Below, piece by piece: positions 12,331-23,945 of a stretch of DNA of 64,000 nt. Origin of the DNA: Ministeria vibrans ATCC 50519. Its lineage: Eukaryota > Protista > Filasterea. Below the pieces are notes generated by a model. It was given only the letters and a program-made list of their open reading frames with translations, was not told the DNA's origin and did no database searches. The stretch's first letter is position 1. Each line of letters opens with the position of its first letter. The stretch is from contig CALSCP010002411.1 in NCBI GenBank assembly GCA_943704425.1, positions 21,806 to 85,805 on the forward strand, in the 5' to 3' direction. The position numbers and the translations under genes are program-made.

Positions 12331-13516
12331 TCACAGGTTGAGTGCCTCCGCTTCCCACGCCTTAACCTTCTTCATCTGCTGGTCGCCGAATCCAGTGTAC
12401 TAAAAAAAAGTACAAGAAGATAATAATTGTTATAATAATAATAATAATAATTATTATTATCATTTTGACTGGGGTTGTCTTATTTTTGGGATGGTGAGTC
12501 GTACAGCACTCTCAAACTTGTTTCGCAGCTGCTTCTCGCTGTACATGTCGGCGAAGAAGCGCTTGTAGAGCTGCGCGTCTTGGGCCTTGACCTGTCGATC
12601 TACTTGCTCATACGGAATTTCGGAGCGCAGGAGAGCATCCATCGACGCAACGACATCGGGGTAGGCGCTAGCCACGTTGTACAGCTCGTCGGGGTCTAAG
12701 TGTGCCAGGGAGAGTGAGAAGAAGAAAAAAAAAAAACAAGTAAGAAGAAGAAGACATTTCCAATTTATAAACAAATTTAATAAAAAAAAACAATTAAACA
12801 ACACGCGAGCGACAGACAGAATAAAAATGTCAATTACAAGAACTGTTTGGAAAATTGCTATACCAGTATCAAGGTTGAACAGTTGGGGGATGTATGACGA
12901 GTTGTACGCGTCAAGGTTGGTTCCAAAGGCAATGTACTTCCAGGGACCTTGGCGCAACATGAAGGAGCCCGTGTTTCCCATGTTAGAATGGTACTGGGCT
13001 GTGACAAAGGTGGGGCGCGCGGGCTGTGGCTGTCCGCGCGCCAGAGGCAGTAGTGAGTGCCCGACCAGCGATGGGGGCTGCGCACCGCCTGCCATGTCCA
13101 CCAGCGTCGGAAACACATCCAGGAGACTGCATACAGTGTTCAGACAGAGTCAGTCAATTTGTTTCTCTCTCATGGAATCATTTTGTTTCCCTCTGTGTCA
13201 GTGTACGTTGTAAGGTTTGTGACGAGCTTGTTTTGAGGAATGTCTGGACCCGCAATGATCAGAGGCACCCTCACACTCGCTTCGTAAAGTGAGTTCTTCC
13301 ACACTTGGCGGTGTTCCATATTCATCTCACTACAGACACGCACACACACATACACACACACACACGAGTTGATGCCAAGTAAATATTAATAGTAAGGGCA
13401 CGGTTGTGCACATCTCACAAACTCCAGACTCACCCGTGGTCCGACAGAAACACCACATATGTGTTGTTGAGGTGTCCGTGCTTCTCAGCCGCAGCAAGCA
13501 CTAGCCCCAGCATGTC
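12331..13516 (-). CDS. Arylsulfatase K-like sulfatase, C-terminal half only (5'-truncated)
   Basis: Exons NTYVVFLSDHG-EMNMEHRQVWKNSLYEASVRVPLIIAGP-LLDVFPTLVD...GSFMLRQGPWKYIAF...PQLFNLD-DPDEL. The N-terminal CxPSR half is absent upstream. Confidence 0.85.
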
Positions 13517-13534
13517 TGTACGAGGAAGAAGTGA

Positions 13535-13588
13535 GTACTCACACACACACATACGCACCACAAAGACAAACAAACACACACATACAAA

Positions 13589-13632
<44 letters not shown>

Positions 13633-13637
13633 CACAC

Positions 13638-13713
<76 letters not shown>
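13535..13713. repeat. (CA)n/(TG)n microsatellite at the GUCD1/ARSK junction
   Basis: Long, nearly pure CA tract. Confidence 0.95.
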
Positions 13714-13715
<2 letters not shown>

Positions 13716-13760
13716 CATTTAGTTTGAATGACGGTGTTTGAGGGTCGAGGATGAGGCGTA

Positions 13761-14183
13761 CTCTTCTTTGACCGTGATGCCTTTCTCATTGGCCACAGAA
13801 AAGAGACGTAATACTCTCTCCTCATCCATATCAAACTCCTTCTTGTAAAAGGCCTGCTCGGCGTGGCGCGAGTCGACGCCCACTGTTGTGGTGGAGTAGG
13901 AGAAGGGAACGCGAAAGCGATGCAGAACCAGAGCCAAGTCTATCGTCCAGATGCTCTTGTCCACTCCGAGGTCATTGCATGCAGCCAGCAAGTCTGGCTT
14001 TAGAACGTCTCGTCGCTTATTGAAGCTAAACGAGGCGAGCGTGTGAGCGTGAGCGGAGAACGAACATTATAATTGATACACAAGTGCCATTTGAAGAGAG
14101 GCCAGTCCACAGTCCCAGTCGCTGTGTTGCTGTACATGCGGCACATCCAATTGTACCACTTCGTCGCTTTCGGCTATCTCCAT
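13761..14183 (-). CDS. GUCD1: GUCD1 (peptidase C39-like fold) protein, N-terminal half only (3'-truncated)
   Basis: MEIAESDEVVQLDVPHVQQHSDWDCGLASLQMAL spliced to ...SIWTIDLALVLHRFRV...TTTVGVD...FYKKEFDMDEERVLRLF, matching GUCD1 motifs. Confidence 0.85.
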
Positions 14184-14292
14184 CAATAAACAATCAAAAT
14201 TTTGTACAGAACACAGAGAATAGGATTTAGGCATTTCCCATTATTCAATATTCATCATTGATTATTCATTAACGGTCACTTTTTTATTAGTC

Positions 14293-16131
14293 ATGGATCG
14301 TCAGCGCAACGATTTGGAGCGTAAGGTGAAGGCCGCGAAGAAAAAACTTCGACAAATTTCTCGTCTGGAGGAGTTCGGTCTTTCGAATTTGAACGAGGAG
14401 GAAAAGATCAAGGTTCGTTCTCAATTGACAGCCGTCCTCTCTTGACCCGCTTCGCCTTTGCGCACTCTTATGGTTACAAACACATGATGTTCAGGTGAAT
14501 CAAAGGCGAGAATTTGAAGACTTGGTCGACGCTAGCGAGCAGAAATTGAAAAAGTTGCCACCCGCAAAACTGTCTCCTACTGCTGGTGCTGCTGGTGCTG
14601 CTGCTGCTCCTCTTCGTGTTGCTCATGCTGCTGTCTCTGCTACTGCTACTGCTGCTACTACTACTACTACCACTACTACTACTACTGATACTGCTCGTGC
14701 TTCTATTGCACCTTTGTCTCAAGCTCCCACCAAGAAGAAGACTGAGGCGCCTCCCGCCACAGCCACAGCCACTGCCGCTGCGCCTGCGAAGGGTTCCAAG
14801 AAGAACAAATCGAAGGAAGCGGCGACGGCGGCGGCGATGCCCGAGCATCCGTTTGTGTTCCCTGCTATCTCCGTGCGAACACTCGATGACGAGCACGACG
14901 ATGTGGTGCTCTGTGTCGACGTGCACGGCGATGTGATTGCGACCGGCTCTCGCGATACCTCCGTTAAATTGTGGTCGCTGCAAACCTGCCAGTTGGTGCG
15001 TCACTTGGGTGGCCACAGGGGTGCGGTGCACGGTGTGCGTGTTTTGGCGGACACGGGGATGGTGTGCAGTGCGAGTGCCGACTCAACGTTGCGCGTGTGG
15101 CAGTGCGAGACGGGCGAGCAGAAGCACGAAGTGTACGTGTACTCGCGTGTGTTGTGTTGCACTCATGTGCCCGACCACCCGACGCTTATCCTGTGCGGTA
15201 CCGCTGCAGGCAAAGTGCATTTTATTGACGCCACAAGCGGCATCAATGTACACACGCTCAGCGACGTGGTGAGTGGGCGCGTCACCGCGTGCGACGCCCG
15301 CGGGGAGCGCTTTGTCGTGGGAACGGCGCAAGGCCAAGTGGCGCTGTGCCAGATGGCGATTACGGGCGAGGGTGAAGAGGCTACCGTTGACGATACGCGG
15401 TGCGTGTGGGCGTTCAACGACGACACGTACATGGGCGACATCAACGACCTGCTCATGATGGACAACAGAGTGTTTTGGGGCGACGGCGACGGATGGAACG
15501 TCAAATGGTTGTTCCTGCAGGGCGACAACGACGACGTGCTCTACAAGGTCGCAAACCGCACAACTATGCGCGCCTATGGCACACAGAGCATGGCTCAGAG
15601 CGACGCTGCCGATGTCATTGCTAGTAGCTCAAGTGACCGAGACGGAGGCTACATCAATGGTATTATGATTTTATCTTCATCCTGCGTGTGGTTTGTGATT
15701 GCTGTGTGCCTGACGACGCGTTATTGTTACTCTTTTCAGTTCGACGTGGAAGCACCGGAGAGTATCTGTACACGCTGCGAACGCGCAAGACAGTGATGGC
15801 AATGGGGTACAATGACGACGGGAGTGCACTGGTGCTGGCTGGCAATGGGAGCGAGGTTGAAGTGGCGGTGTTTGGTGCGCAACGGGACACGCAGTCGAAG
15901 CGACTGGTGCGGTCGCGTGTGCTGATGAGCAATGTGGTATATGACAGTGATGATGACGATGGGGACGAGGAGGATGAAGACGAAGGCGAAGGCGAAGGGA
16001 AAGGGAGTGCGAAGGGAGAAAAGGAGGCGGTAGAGGTGCGAGAGGGAGGGCGGAGTGTGCTTGCGTCGGCGCTGCAGCAGCAGCAGCAACTACCCTGGTG
16101 GTCTCCCTCGAGCTGGTGTGCCATTCTTTAG
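14293..16131 (+). CDS. WD40-repeat protein with N-terminal helical motif and Ala/Thr-rich linker
   Basis: WD repeats IATGSRDTSVKLW, GHRGAVHGV...CSASADSTLRVW. Exon 1 is MDRQRNDLERKVKAAKKKLRQISRLEE. Introns ~14412-14494 and ~15660-15739. Confidence 0.8.
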
Positions 16132-16194
16132 TATATATTATAGTTTTTATTGATGTTAAACGGGTTTTTGTATGTGTGTATGTTGAACAATGAG

Positions 16195-17118
16195 CTATGC
16201 ATCTGGTTTGGTTCCGGTCAGAGCAAAGAGAGGCCAGTGGCCGCGCACTTCCGTCTCGGCGGTGGTGTTCGGCCCGAGTGCTTGTGCAATATCCTCGGCA
16301 ACCTTCTCGAGTGGGTCGGGTGTGTTGGGTTGGGCCTCGCGCAGGGTTTGGTAGGCCGACCACGACCGGAGATAGCCGATGAGTCCCTCAACAGTGAACG
16401 TCTGCAAACCAAAGCAACAATTAGTATTACTATGGACTGTTGTGTGCGCGATTGTCGTTTCGCAGTACCTTGTCAATAGTCGACTCGTAGCGTGCTGCGT
16501 CTGGATAGGGCACTTGGTCGAGTTTGGTGTACATGCTATCGATGTGGTGGCGCGCGGCCGCCCAGTGGCCCTTGAGCGTTTCGCTGTAGAAGTGATGCAC
16601 AATGCGTTGGACGCGCTCGTCATCCATCACGACATTGCCGTAGCCCACGACTGCGACAGCGCCCTTGGGCTTCAATACACGATCACACATGGCATAGAAT
16701 TTGGGCATGTCGAGCCAATGGGCCGCCTGAGCACAGGTGATGAGATCGCAGGAGCCGTCGGCGATCTCGCTGGGAAGTTCATCGACGCTTCCCACGTGAA
16801 ATGCAATGTCTAAGCACGATCATGTTTGAAAAAGCCAAAAATATAATAATAATAATAATAATAATAATAGTGAAGGCTACTGGGGTGTTTGGAGAGGGCA
16901 GCGTCTATTTGCGCCTGGCTCACGTCGACACCGATCATGGTGGAAAAGTGCGACGAGAGCGATTTCGTCAGTTGGCCCGACCCACAGCCCATGTCCATGG
17001 CCGCTGAGCGACCCGAACATAACGAGACCAGGTGTGCCACCAGTGATTCGGGGTAGGTAGGGCGGAACCGCGCGTACTCGGCGGCGTGACCGGCTTTGGC
17101 AAAGAGAGTCTTGAACAT
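16195..17118 (-). CDS. Class I SAM-dependent methyltransferase (Methyltransf_11, Tmt1/Crg1-like)
   Basis: YARFRPTYP, MDMGCGSGQ, GVDVSQAQI, DLITCAQAAHWLD...LKPKG, GYLRSWSAYQ; 3 exons. Confidence 0.9.
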
Positions 17119-17331
17119 GAATGAATAGTAGTGATCACAATCTAAATTCTTAATTCTTATTACAAAGTCTGCAAACCATTTTATAAGGACGGTACCAAGT
17201 ACCAACTCAGTCAAGAAACGCAATCATAATATATATATATATTAAGTCATTATTGAATTATCATTGAAATACTTATAGTACACGAAGAGCAGAGCGGCCT
17301 TTCCTCCCTCTGATCACTTTCTTGAGTTTCT

Positions 17332-17844
17332 TTAGTCGAGCTCGTCTGAGCGTCCAAACTTGAAGAGTAGCGTCGAAAGAAAGATGCACAGGTTTTGCAA
17401 AAAGAGGGAAACGCCCGGCCAGAGCGGTCTACAAAACGTTGTGTATGTTAGTTAACATGGCTCGAGACACACGTCGTAATGAGTGACTGTGTGTGCTGTG
17501 TGTTTGTTTACCTTGGCACAGCAGCATGTTTGTTCCACGCAATGTACTCGGCAGCCATAACCCAAATACTGGATATGAGACCGCCAAAGAGAAGTCCAAA
17601 GCTCAAGAAGAAGACGACACGGGCGCCACAGGGCCCAAGACACCCGTCGGACGATTCAAAGAGAAATCGATTGGAGAACAAGTTCACCATGAATAGCGCA
17701 ATCGTCGAACACACGCCGCACACCCAGTAGGCACCGTTGCTGAACTTCGTGTCAGCAACATTGGAGTCGATCACGAACCACCAGCCGAGCGCAAACTACA
17801 CAAAGTTCAAATTTTCTATCGTCACACACATTGACCCACACACA

Positions 17845-17887
<43 letters not shown>

Positions 17888-18110
17888 GTGTGCACTCGAT
17901 CTAATAGAAACACATGACATAGCCAGCATACCAAGGCCCCAGAGAGAAGAGACATGATGGCGTTGCGTTGTTCTCCAAGATTTTCTAGACAGAGAATCAC
18001 TCAATTCGAACTTGTTGTTCGTCTCAAAATTTCTTACCCATAAAATTTCTCCAACAGCCACAACACCTGCACCCACAGTTGCACTTAACATCGTCACAGA
18101 GACCCGACAT
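17332..18110 (-). CDS. TMEM50: Transmembrane protein 50 (UPF0220/Vps68 family)
   Basis: QRNAIMSLLSGAL-FALGWWFVID, GCLGPCGARVVFFLSFGLLFGGLISSIWV, WPGVSLFLQNLCIFLSTLLFKFGR. Confidence 0.9.
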
Positions 18111-18365
18111 GGTACAAATTACAAAATGAATTGATAATAAGAAAATAATTTTAATATTATTATTAATAGAGAATCGAGAGCAGTGAGGATCGGTAAGGTT
18201 CGCACAAACCTTACTTGGTAAGGTAAGGTTCGATCTTACCAAACCTTACCAAACCTTACTACTTCTTTTTGTGTCAAAAATTACGATTTCTCTCTCTGTA
18301 GTTCGAGAGCTATTGTGTGAGTTGAGTGGGGTGATCAGTAAGTAACGATAAATTTGCTCTTCTCT

Positions 18366-18716
18366 TTATACAAAGAGCTGTCCTTTGACAACAAGTGCAG
18401 TCTCAGCGTGGATTTTCACTCGCTGTCTCTCCTCATCAACAATCTAATGAAGCAAGACACAGAAGTTTTAGGGCACAAAGAGTGACGAATACGTTCGTAC
18501 TACAGTCAAGTTTCCGCCTCTTTTTGAGCACTGACGGGCTGTCATTTGCGTTTTATCGAGTCTGCAACAAAACATAATGAGAACAGACAGATAAGTAATA
18601 GAATTTAACAGAAATTATAAAATGTCAATAATAATTAAGGACGTAGAAAAAAATACAACAATAATCATAATAAATGCACCACAAAGACACATATACACAT
18701 GTATTCACTCAAACAC

Positions 18717-18747
<31 letters not shown>

Positions 18748-19723
18748 TACGTGTACATACAAACATAGTGGAAAAAGAAACCAAACTGGTTCAACACACC
18801 TCTCTCGTGAAAATTACCGTGAGCGCCAGTAGTGGGCGAGCACCGAGTGCGCACTGCCCGTGACGGGGTCTTCGGGAATGCCGTTCCACGGACTGAAGTA
18901 GCGCGAGACAAAGTCAGGTCCGTCGAGCCCACCCGAGGCAGTGACAATGACTCCGCGCACAACAGAGCCATCGGAGACGGCAAGGAGTCGCGCACAGTCT
19001 GGCTGGACACGCAGGAGGGTCGAGAGCACGCCACCACTGCCACTCGCAGCAGCCTCGTCCAGGTGCAACACAAGCTTCTTGGTGCCTGCAGAGTATTCAA
19101 CCGAGCCAATGGCAATTGCACCGACAGTTGCTTGAATCACCGACTCGATCATTTCGTCGCGTGCTGTAACACAAGAAAGGACTTTCATCTTCACGATTTC
19201 CTGAGCTGGATCGGGTCGTACCCATAGGCGTGCATGGATTCAACGGAAGTTCAATGCACACGCTGGTCAACCCGACACGCCAGGCCTTGAGCGTGCCACT
19301 GAGCGTGTCGAACGAGAGCTCATCCGATGTGTTTCCGGCGTGGAAAAACAACGTCGCCGCTGCCGCAATTGTCGCATGGCCACACAGATTGACTTCACAC
19401 GTGGGCGTAAGCCAGCGTAACTTGAAGTGCGAAGAGGCGGTGAACGAGTCCGAAGCACTGCGCAACGAGATGAATGCTATACAAAAAGCATCCAGCGAGA
19501 CTCAGTGCACCTCAAACCAACTCATCCACTCACCCGTCTCCGACAAGTTCATTTCCGCCGCAATTTTCTGCAGCAATGAGTCTTCCAAAGGCTGCTCGAG
19601 GAGCACGACGGCAGCAGGGTTGCCACTGAAGGGCGCATCGGCAAAGGCATCGACCTGCCGCATCGCTGATCAGTCTACTCACTTGCAATGTCTTTTTGTT
19701 ACTTGAAATAGAGGCAACGACAT
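18366..19723 (-). CDS. PBLD: PhzF/PBLD-family (phenazine biosynthesis-like) isomerase
   Basis: QVDAFADAPFSGNPAAV, IAAEMNLSET, LRWLTPTCEVNLCGHAT, SRYFSPWNGIPEDPVTGSAH. The final exons give ARQCSKRGGNL and VVKGQLFV*. Confidence 0.92.
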
Positions 19724-20113
19724 GGTAGCAAAGCGACACGGCGCAGGCGGACACCCGTACACACACACTCTCTTAAAAGATAGAAATGAAAAGTAGCTTT
19801 TCTATTTATTTTTTAGACGTGAACTCCAAGCATCAGAATTTCGCAGTGAATGAAGACAGTGTGAAGAGAGCGATGAGCGAACGGCCCACCGTAATCAGTC
19901 GTCACTCGTCAGCCGAAAACCCATCAAGACAGTCTGGCCCGGCTATGAGAGCGGGTGGATCGACGTGAGATTGTCTGATTCTCTCGACTCGACGGGGGGA
20001 AGGTCCCAGTCAAAATGATTAATTCTTATCACCTACTTACCCACTTAAACTATTCTTTCATTTCTTTGTTAGTCTTTTCCCTCTCGAACTTCTGGACCGC
20101 TCCCTCTATCGCC

Positions 20114-20557
20114 ATGATCATGATCTGCCCCTTGAGGCTTGTCCTCATTGCGCTGGCGTGTATGGCAAGCATTGCGGCGCTCTTCTTTGCACTCCCACCG
20201 CACGTCCGCGACAGTCTCTGGCATTACGCGTGGCCCTTTGGTCGACGCATTCCGTCGAGCTCTTCATCATGTGCTACCAACGACACCCTCCAACAGCAGA
20301 GTCACGCGAAAAAGGTTCCGACTTTTCTTTATTAACTTTTATTGTTTCGCTCTTTTCATATGTCTCTCCTTCAGAAGCAAGCGTTTGCTGATGCCAATGG
20401 CGAATCCCAAGAAGCACGCGATGAGGCAACTGTAACGCGTGCCACGCGCGTCCTTCAGCTCGCCGTGGTGGCACTTCTCGTCTTCTTTCACTTTGAACTC
20501 TTTTCCAATGGAATGCTCTGTCGCGCGACCCGTGAGGCGCTTCTTCACCTCCTGTAG
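20114..20557 (+). CDS. Small membrane protein of unknown function (MCPLR-type N-terminus)
   Basis: Two exons: MIMICPLRLVLIALACMASIAALFF... and ...LAVVALLVFFHFELFSNGMLCR...*. Resembles a small plant/protist family beginning MCPLR. Confidence 0.55.
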
Positions 20558-20651
20558 AGTAGTGTTCCCATCCTCCTTTGTATTCCTGCTGTAAATATTC
20601 TTTCATGCAACATAAATCATCCCAATTCATACACTAAATGATTATGATTTT

Positions 20652-23615
20652 TTACTCGACATCAAGAATAATCGACTGTGCAAGAGCATCGGTCGGTGCG
20701 GACGACGCTGCTGTAGCAGTGTCCATGCTTTCCGTGACCGCATTGTCAAAGGAAGACGACGGCGGGGGTCGTCCAAAGGCGGCAGTCTTGCCGCGCACAG
20801 CAGGCGAGACGGCAGGTGACGAGGTCGAGGACGCTGCACGACTCATTCGCGCCGCCAGTTCCTCCATTGTCGAACGGGACTGTCGACTGGCGGCACGAGG
20901 CCCGTAGCGAATGAGGTCCGCCGAGATTTTGACGTCACATTCGGTTTGTTCAATGACCACGTAGTCATCGGCATCACTGTCGGCGACCGACGCCTCGCGC
21001 GGCTCGTCCACTACGGCCGGCCCTGCTGCCTCATCCACGACGCCACCCGTCGATTCACTCTCGGTCGGAGCAGCAGTAGCAGCAGTCACAGCATCGTCTG
21101 TGACTGCTGTCGACGATGCGGCGAGCGAGAGTTCCTTGGCGGCGCGCGCGAGTTTGACGGCCTCGGCAAAGACGTGAATGGGCGTCTCGTCGGCGACATT
21201 GCGACGGTGTTCGCTGGCACCATTGGACAAAAGGGTACGCATCACCGAGACATTGGCGCGACGCGCCGCGATGTGCATGGGCGTGTCGCCGGCCATGTTC
21301 TCCAGCTCAAGGTCGGCATTGGCTGCAATGAGTTGCGACAGCACATCGCGGTCGTTGCGCTCGACGGCGACGTGCACCGCTGAGTTGCCCGAGGCGGCAT
21401 CTGTCGCATTGGGATCGGCGCCAAAGTGCACAAGGGAGTGCAAAATGCCAGCATTGCCCACACTGGCGGCGGCCAGGACGGGCGTGTGGCCCGTGTAGTT
21501 GCGCATCGCCAGCAGGTAGGGCAGCTCGGGTCCGGTGCGCTCGAGAACGGACAGCATGCAGCGCACAATGGCATCACTGCCGTGTGCATGAGCACACGCC
21601 AGATGCAACGCCGTCTCGCCCTTGCGCGTCCGCAGCGACAGCAGTGCACCCGCCTCCACCAGGCGCTCGACCATATCGCGTCGTTGCAGGCGTGCCGCCA
21701 TATGCAGTGCCGTCTCACCACGATCGTTTTGCACGCGGAGCGCATCGGCGTCGGCGACGCGCAAGAGCTTCTCGAGTACGCCAACCTGACCGTGCTCGAC
21801 GGCATAGTGCAAGGGGGTCTCGCCGTCCTCCTCGTCGGGCATGCCCAGTAGTTGCTGTTGCAGGGCCAGCACATAGCATAAGTCACCTGTCGCCGCGTAC
21901 AGTTGCATGGCCTTGAGGAAGTCTTCGCCTGCAATCGATGGCCCACTGGCAAACTCCATGAAACCACCAGTGCTCCCACCACCTCCCGTCGAGTTGTTAC
22001 CACGCCCACCCAAACGTGTACTCCTCCGACTGCCACCACTCTTGCCATCGTCGCCACTGCCACTGGGCCCACCGCCACCACTGCTGCTGCTACCACCGCT
22101 GCCACTGCCACTGTCACCACCGCCAAAAAAGTTGTTGCTGAAGCGAGAACGATCACTGTCGATGCGACGCTTCTTGGAATTGGCCTGCATTTGGTCGTGA
22201 ACTGCGTCCGACGGCGAGTACACAAACTCGACGGGTTTGCTCTCAAGCTGATCCTCGTAGTCGACCACCTGCATGACGACGGCGTGGTCGGTGGTAATAG
22301 ACGTGTCGTAGTAGGGTGGCATCGAGACGGCAATGGCAAACTGATGATGGTGGTAGTGGCGTGCCAGAGGCAACACAATCGCACCACCATCTGCCGTGTG
22401 TGTCCAGCGGTTCGAGTCATGGTGCACCTCGGGATCCCAACGGACGCCCTTGTCGGCGAGGAAGACACGCGACGACGACTTGCGCGTCTTGGATGTGAGC
22501 AAGATGATGTCAAAGTTGCCAGTGCTCGGACCGCTCGGGTGCGACACTCGCATAATGTCGAGCTTGCTGTTGAAGATGGGGCCGGTCACAACGGTCGAGT
22601 GACACACCGTGCCGTCTTCAAGCTGAAAGTTCATCGTGAACAGTAAGCGCGCCGAGCGCTGGTCTTCCTTGCGAACTTGGGTGCGGGGCGCAGCCTTTTC
22701 AATAATCACCGTCAGCGTCGAAAAGGTCGCCGAGGCACTCGCAGCGTCCACGGGCACGGTGAGCTCGCCTTGCAACACATGGCAGTGAGGAATGTAGTTT
22801 CCGTGCGCGTCCGGGTTGCGACACACAAGGGAGACGTGAATGGGCGTGCCAGGCGGTACCATCCCGCGGTAAGCGGCATTCACCGACACCTGCGGGTATG
22901 TCCCGGGCACCTTGGCCTCCAGGGGCTTCTCGCGACCTTCGCTGCGGTAGCGGAAGCGCGCAAACTCAGACGGCTCCACTGTAATCTGAAGCAGGTCGGG
23001 AATGAACCCCCCAGTTGGCGGTAACGGCTGGAAACAGAATAATGAAAAAAGACAATAACAAAAATATTAAGTCATTTTGAAAAAAAAAAGATAAAAGTCG
23101 AAGGAATGAAAGAAGTAGTAAGACTCGGGCAGAGGGCACTTGACAAGGGGAAAAACAAAAGGAAAACGACTTACAGCATAGTCTTGGTCGACAGGCTCGA
23201 CGAGAAGAGCCGACGAGGAGGCAGGAGAGAGGGCGACGGTCGACGGGGAATTCCCAATGGTCATGGGGACCTGACTGGCGTCGGCGACGGACAGTTGTTC
23301 TGCGGGCAGCATGGCGGACAGGTCCACAGAGGGGTACGAGGCGTCGCCTTGGGAGAGTACTTGAGGCAATGTCTTGTTCTGAAAAAAGTCGTCAAAGACA
23401 TCCAAACGAACGTCGTCGTCGCCGTCGCCCTCCAGACTTGCCAGGACCTCCATGAAGGAGCCCTGCTTGCGCGGCATGCCCTGTTTCGAGTGGGCGTCGG
23501 CAGCGGCGTGCATCTCCGGCGGCGCGGGCGAACTTCCCGGCGACGCGGGGACGATCCCGGCGGGCGAGGTCGCCTCGAGAAACACCGCCATGGCGTCGTA
23601 GCCAGACGATTCCAT
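20652..23615 (-). CDS. NFKB: NF-kappaB, p105/p100-like precursor (N-terminal extension, RHD, IPT, NLS, Gly-rich region, ankyrin repeats)
   Basis: LQITVEPSEFARFRYRSEG (RHD), IPT with HHQFAIAV, NLS KKRR, Gly-rich tract, then YAATGDLCYVLALQQQLLGMPDEEDGETPLHYA (cf. p105 YAVTGDVKMLLAVQRHL) and about 6 ankyrin repeats. One intron at ~23030-23173. Confidence 0.92.
23246..23255. promoter_or_regulatory. Perfect palindromic kB site GGGAATTCCC in NF-kB exon 1
   Basis: GGGGAATTCCC at 23245-23255. Function is inferred only. Confidence 0.3.
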
Positions 23616-23945
23616 GCTGTTTCAATACGTCAAGCAGAGGGTAGTAGTAATAAAAAAAGAGAGTGGTTGGGTCACTTGGGCTGTTGGCGCTGGGGCTGTT
23701 GGGGTTGGCGGTTAAGCGAGCGAGAGAGACAAAAAAAAAAGTAAATTTGGTAAAAAGTAAAAACTAAAATATGGTGTATTTCATAAGCTCATGCCGCCTC
23801 ATGTCTTGCTACCCCAGAACACAAGTATCATTATTCATTATTCATTGAACACTCATCATCGTTTGATCATTGATCTTTGTTATGGTCAAGAAAGAACTTC
23901 AACAGTTCAACACTTCAACTCAATAATATTACGTATCTTGATACT

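Noticed and set aside
13516-13761. Functional GUCD1-sulfatase fusion protein
   Set aside because: Splice phases are incompatible and both partners lack essential catalytic parts.
13404-13834. ORFs with poly-(HT)/(CV) translations (also 37110-37965, 46542-47867)
   Set aside because: They are translations of intronic microsatellites, not coding sequence.
21242-22646. Long alternative-frame and antisense ORFs over NF-kB
   Set aside because: Off-frame products of GC-rich coding sequence.
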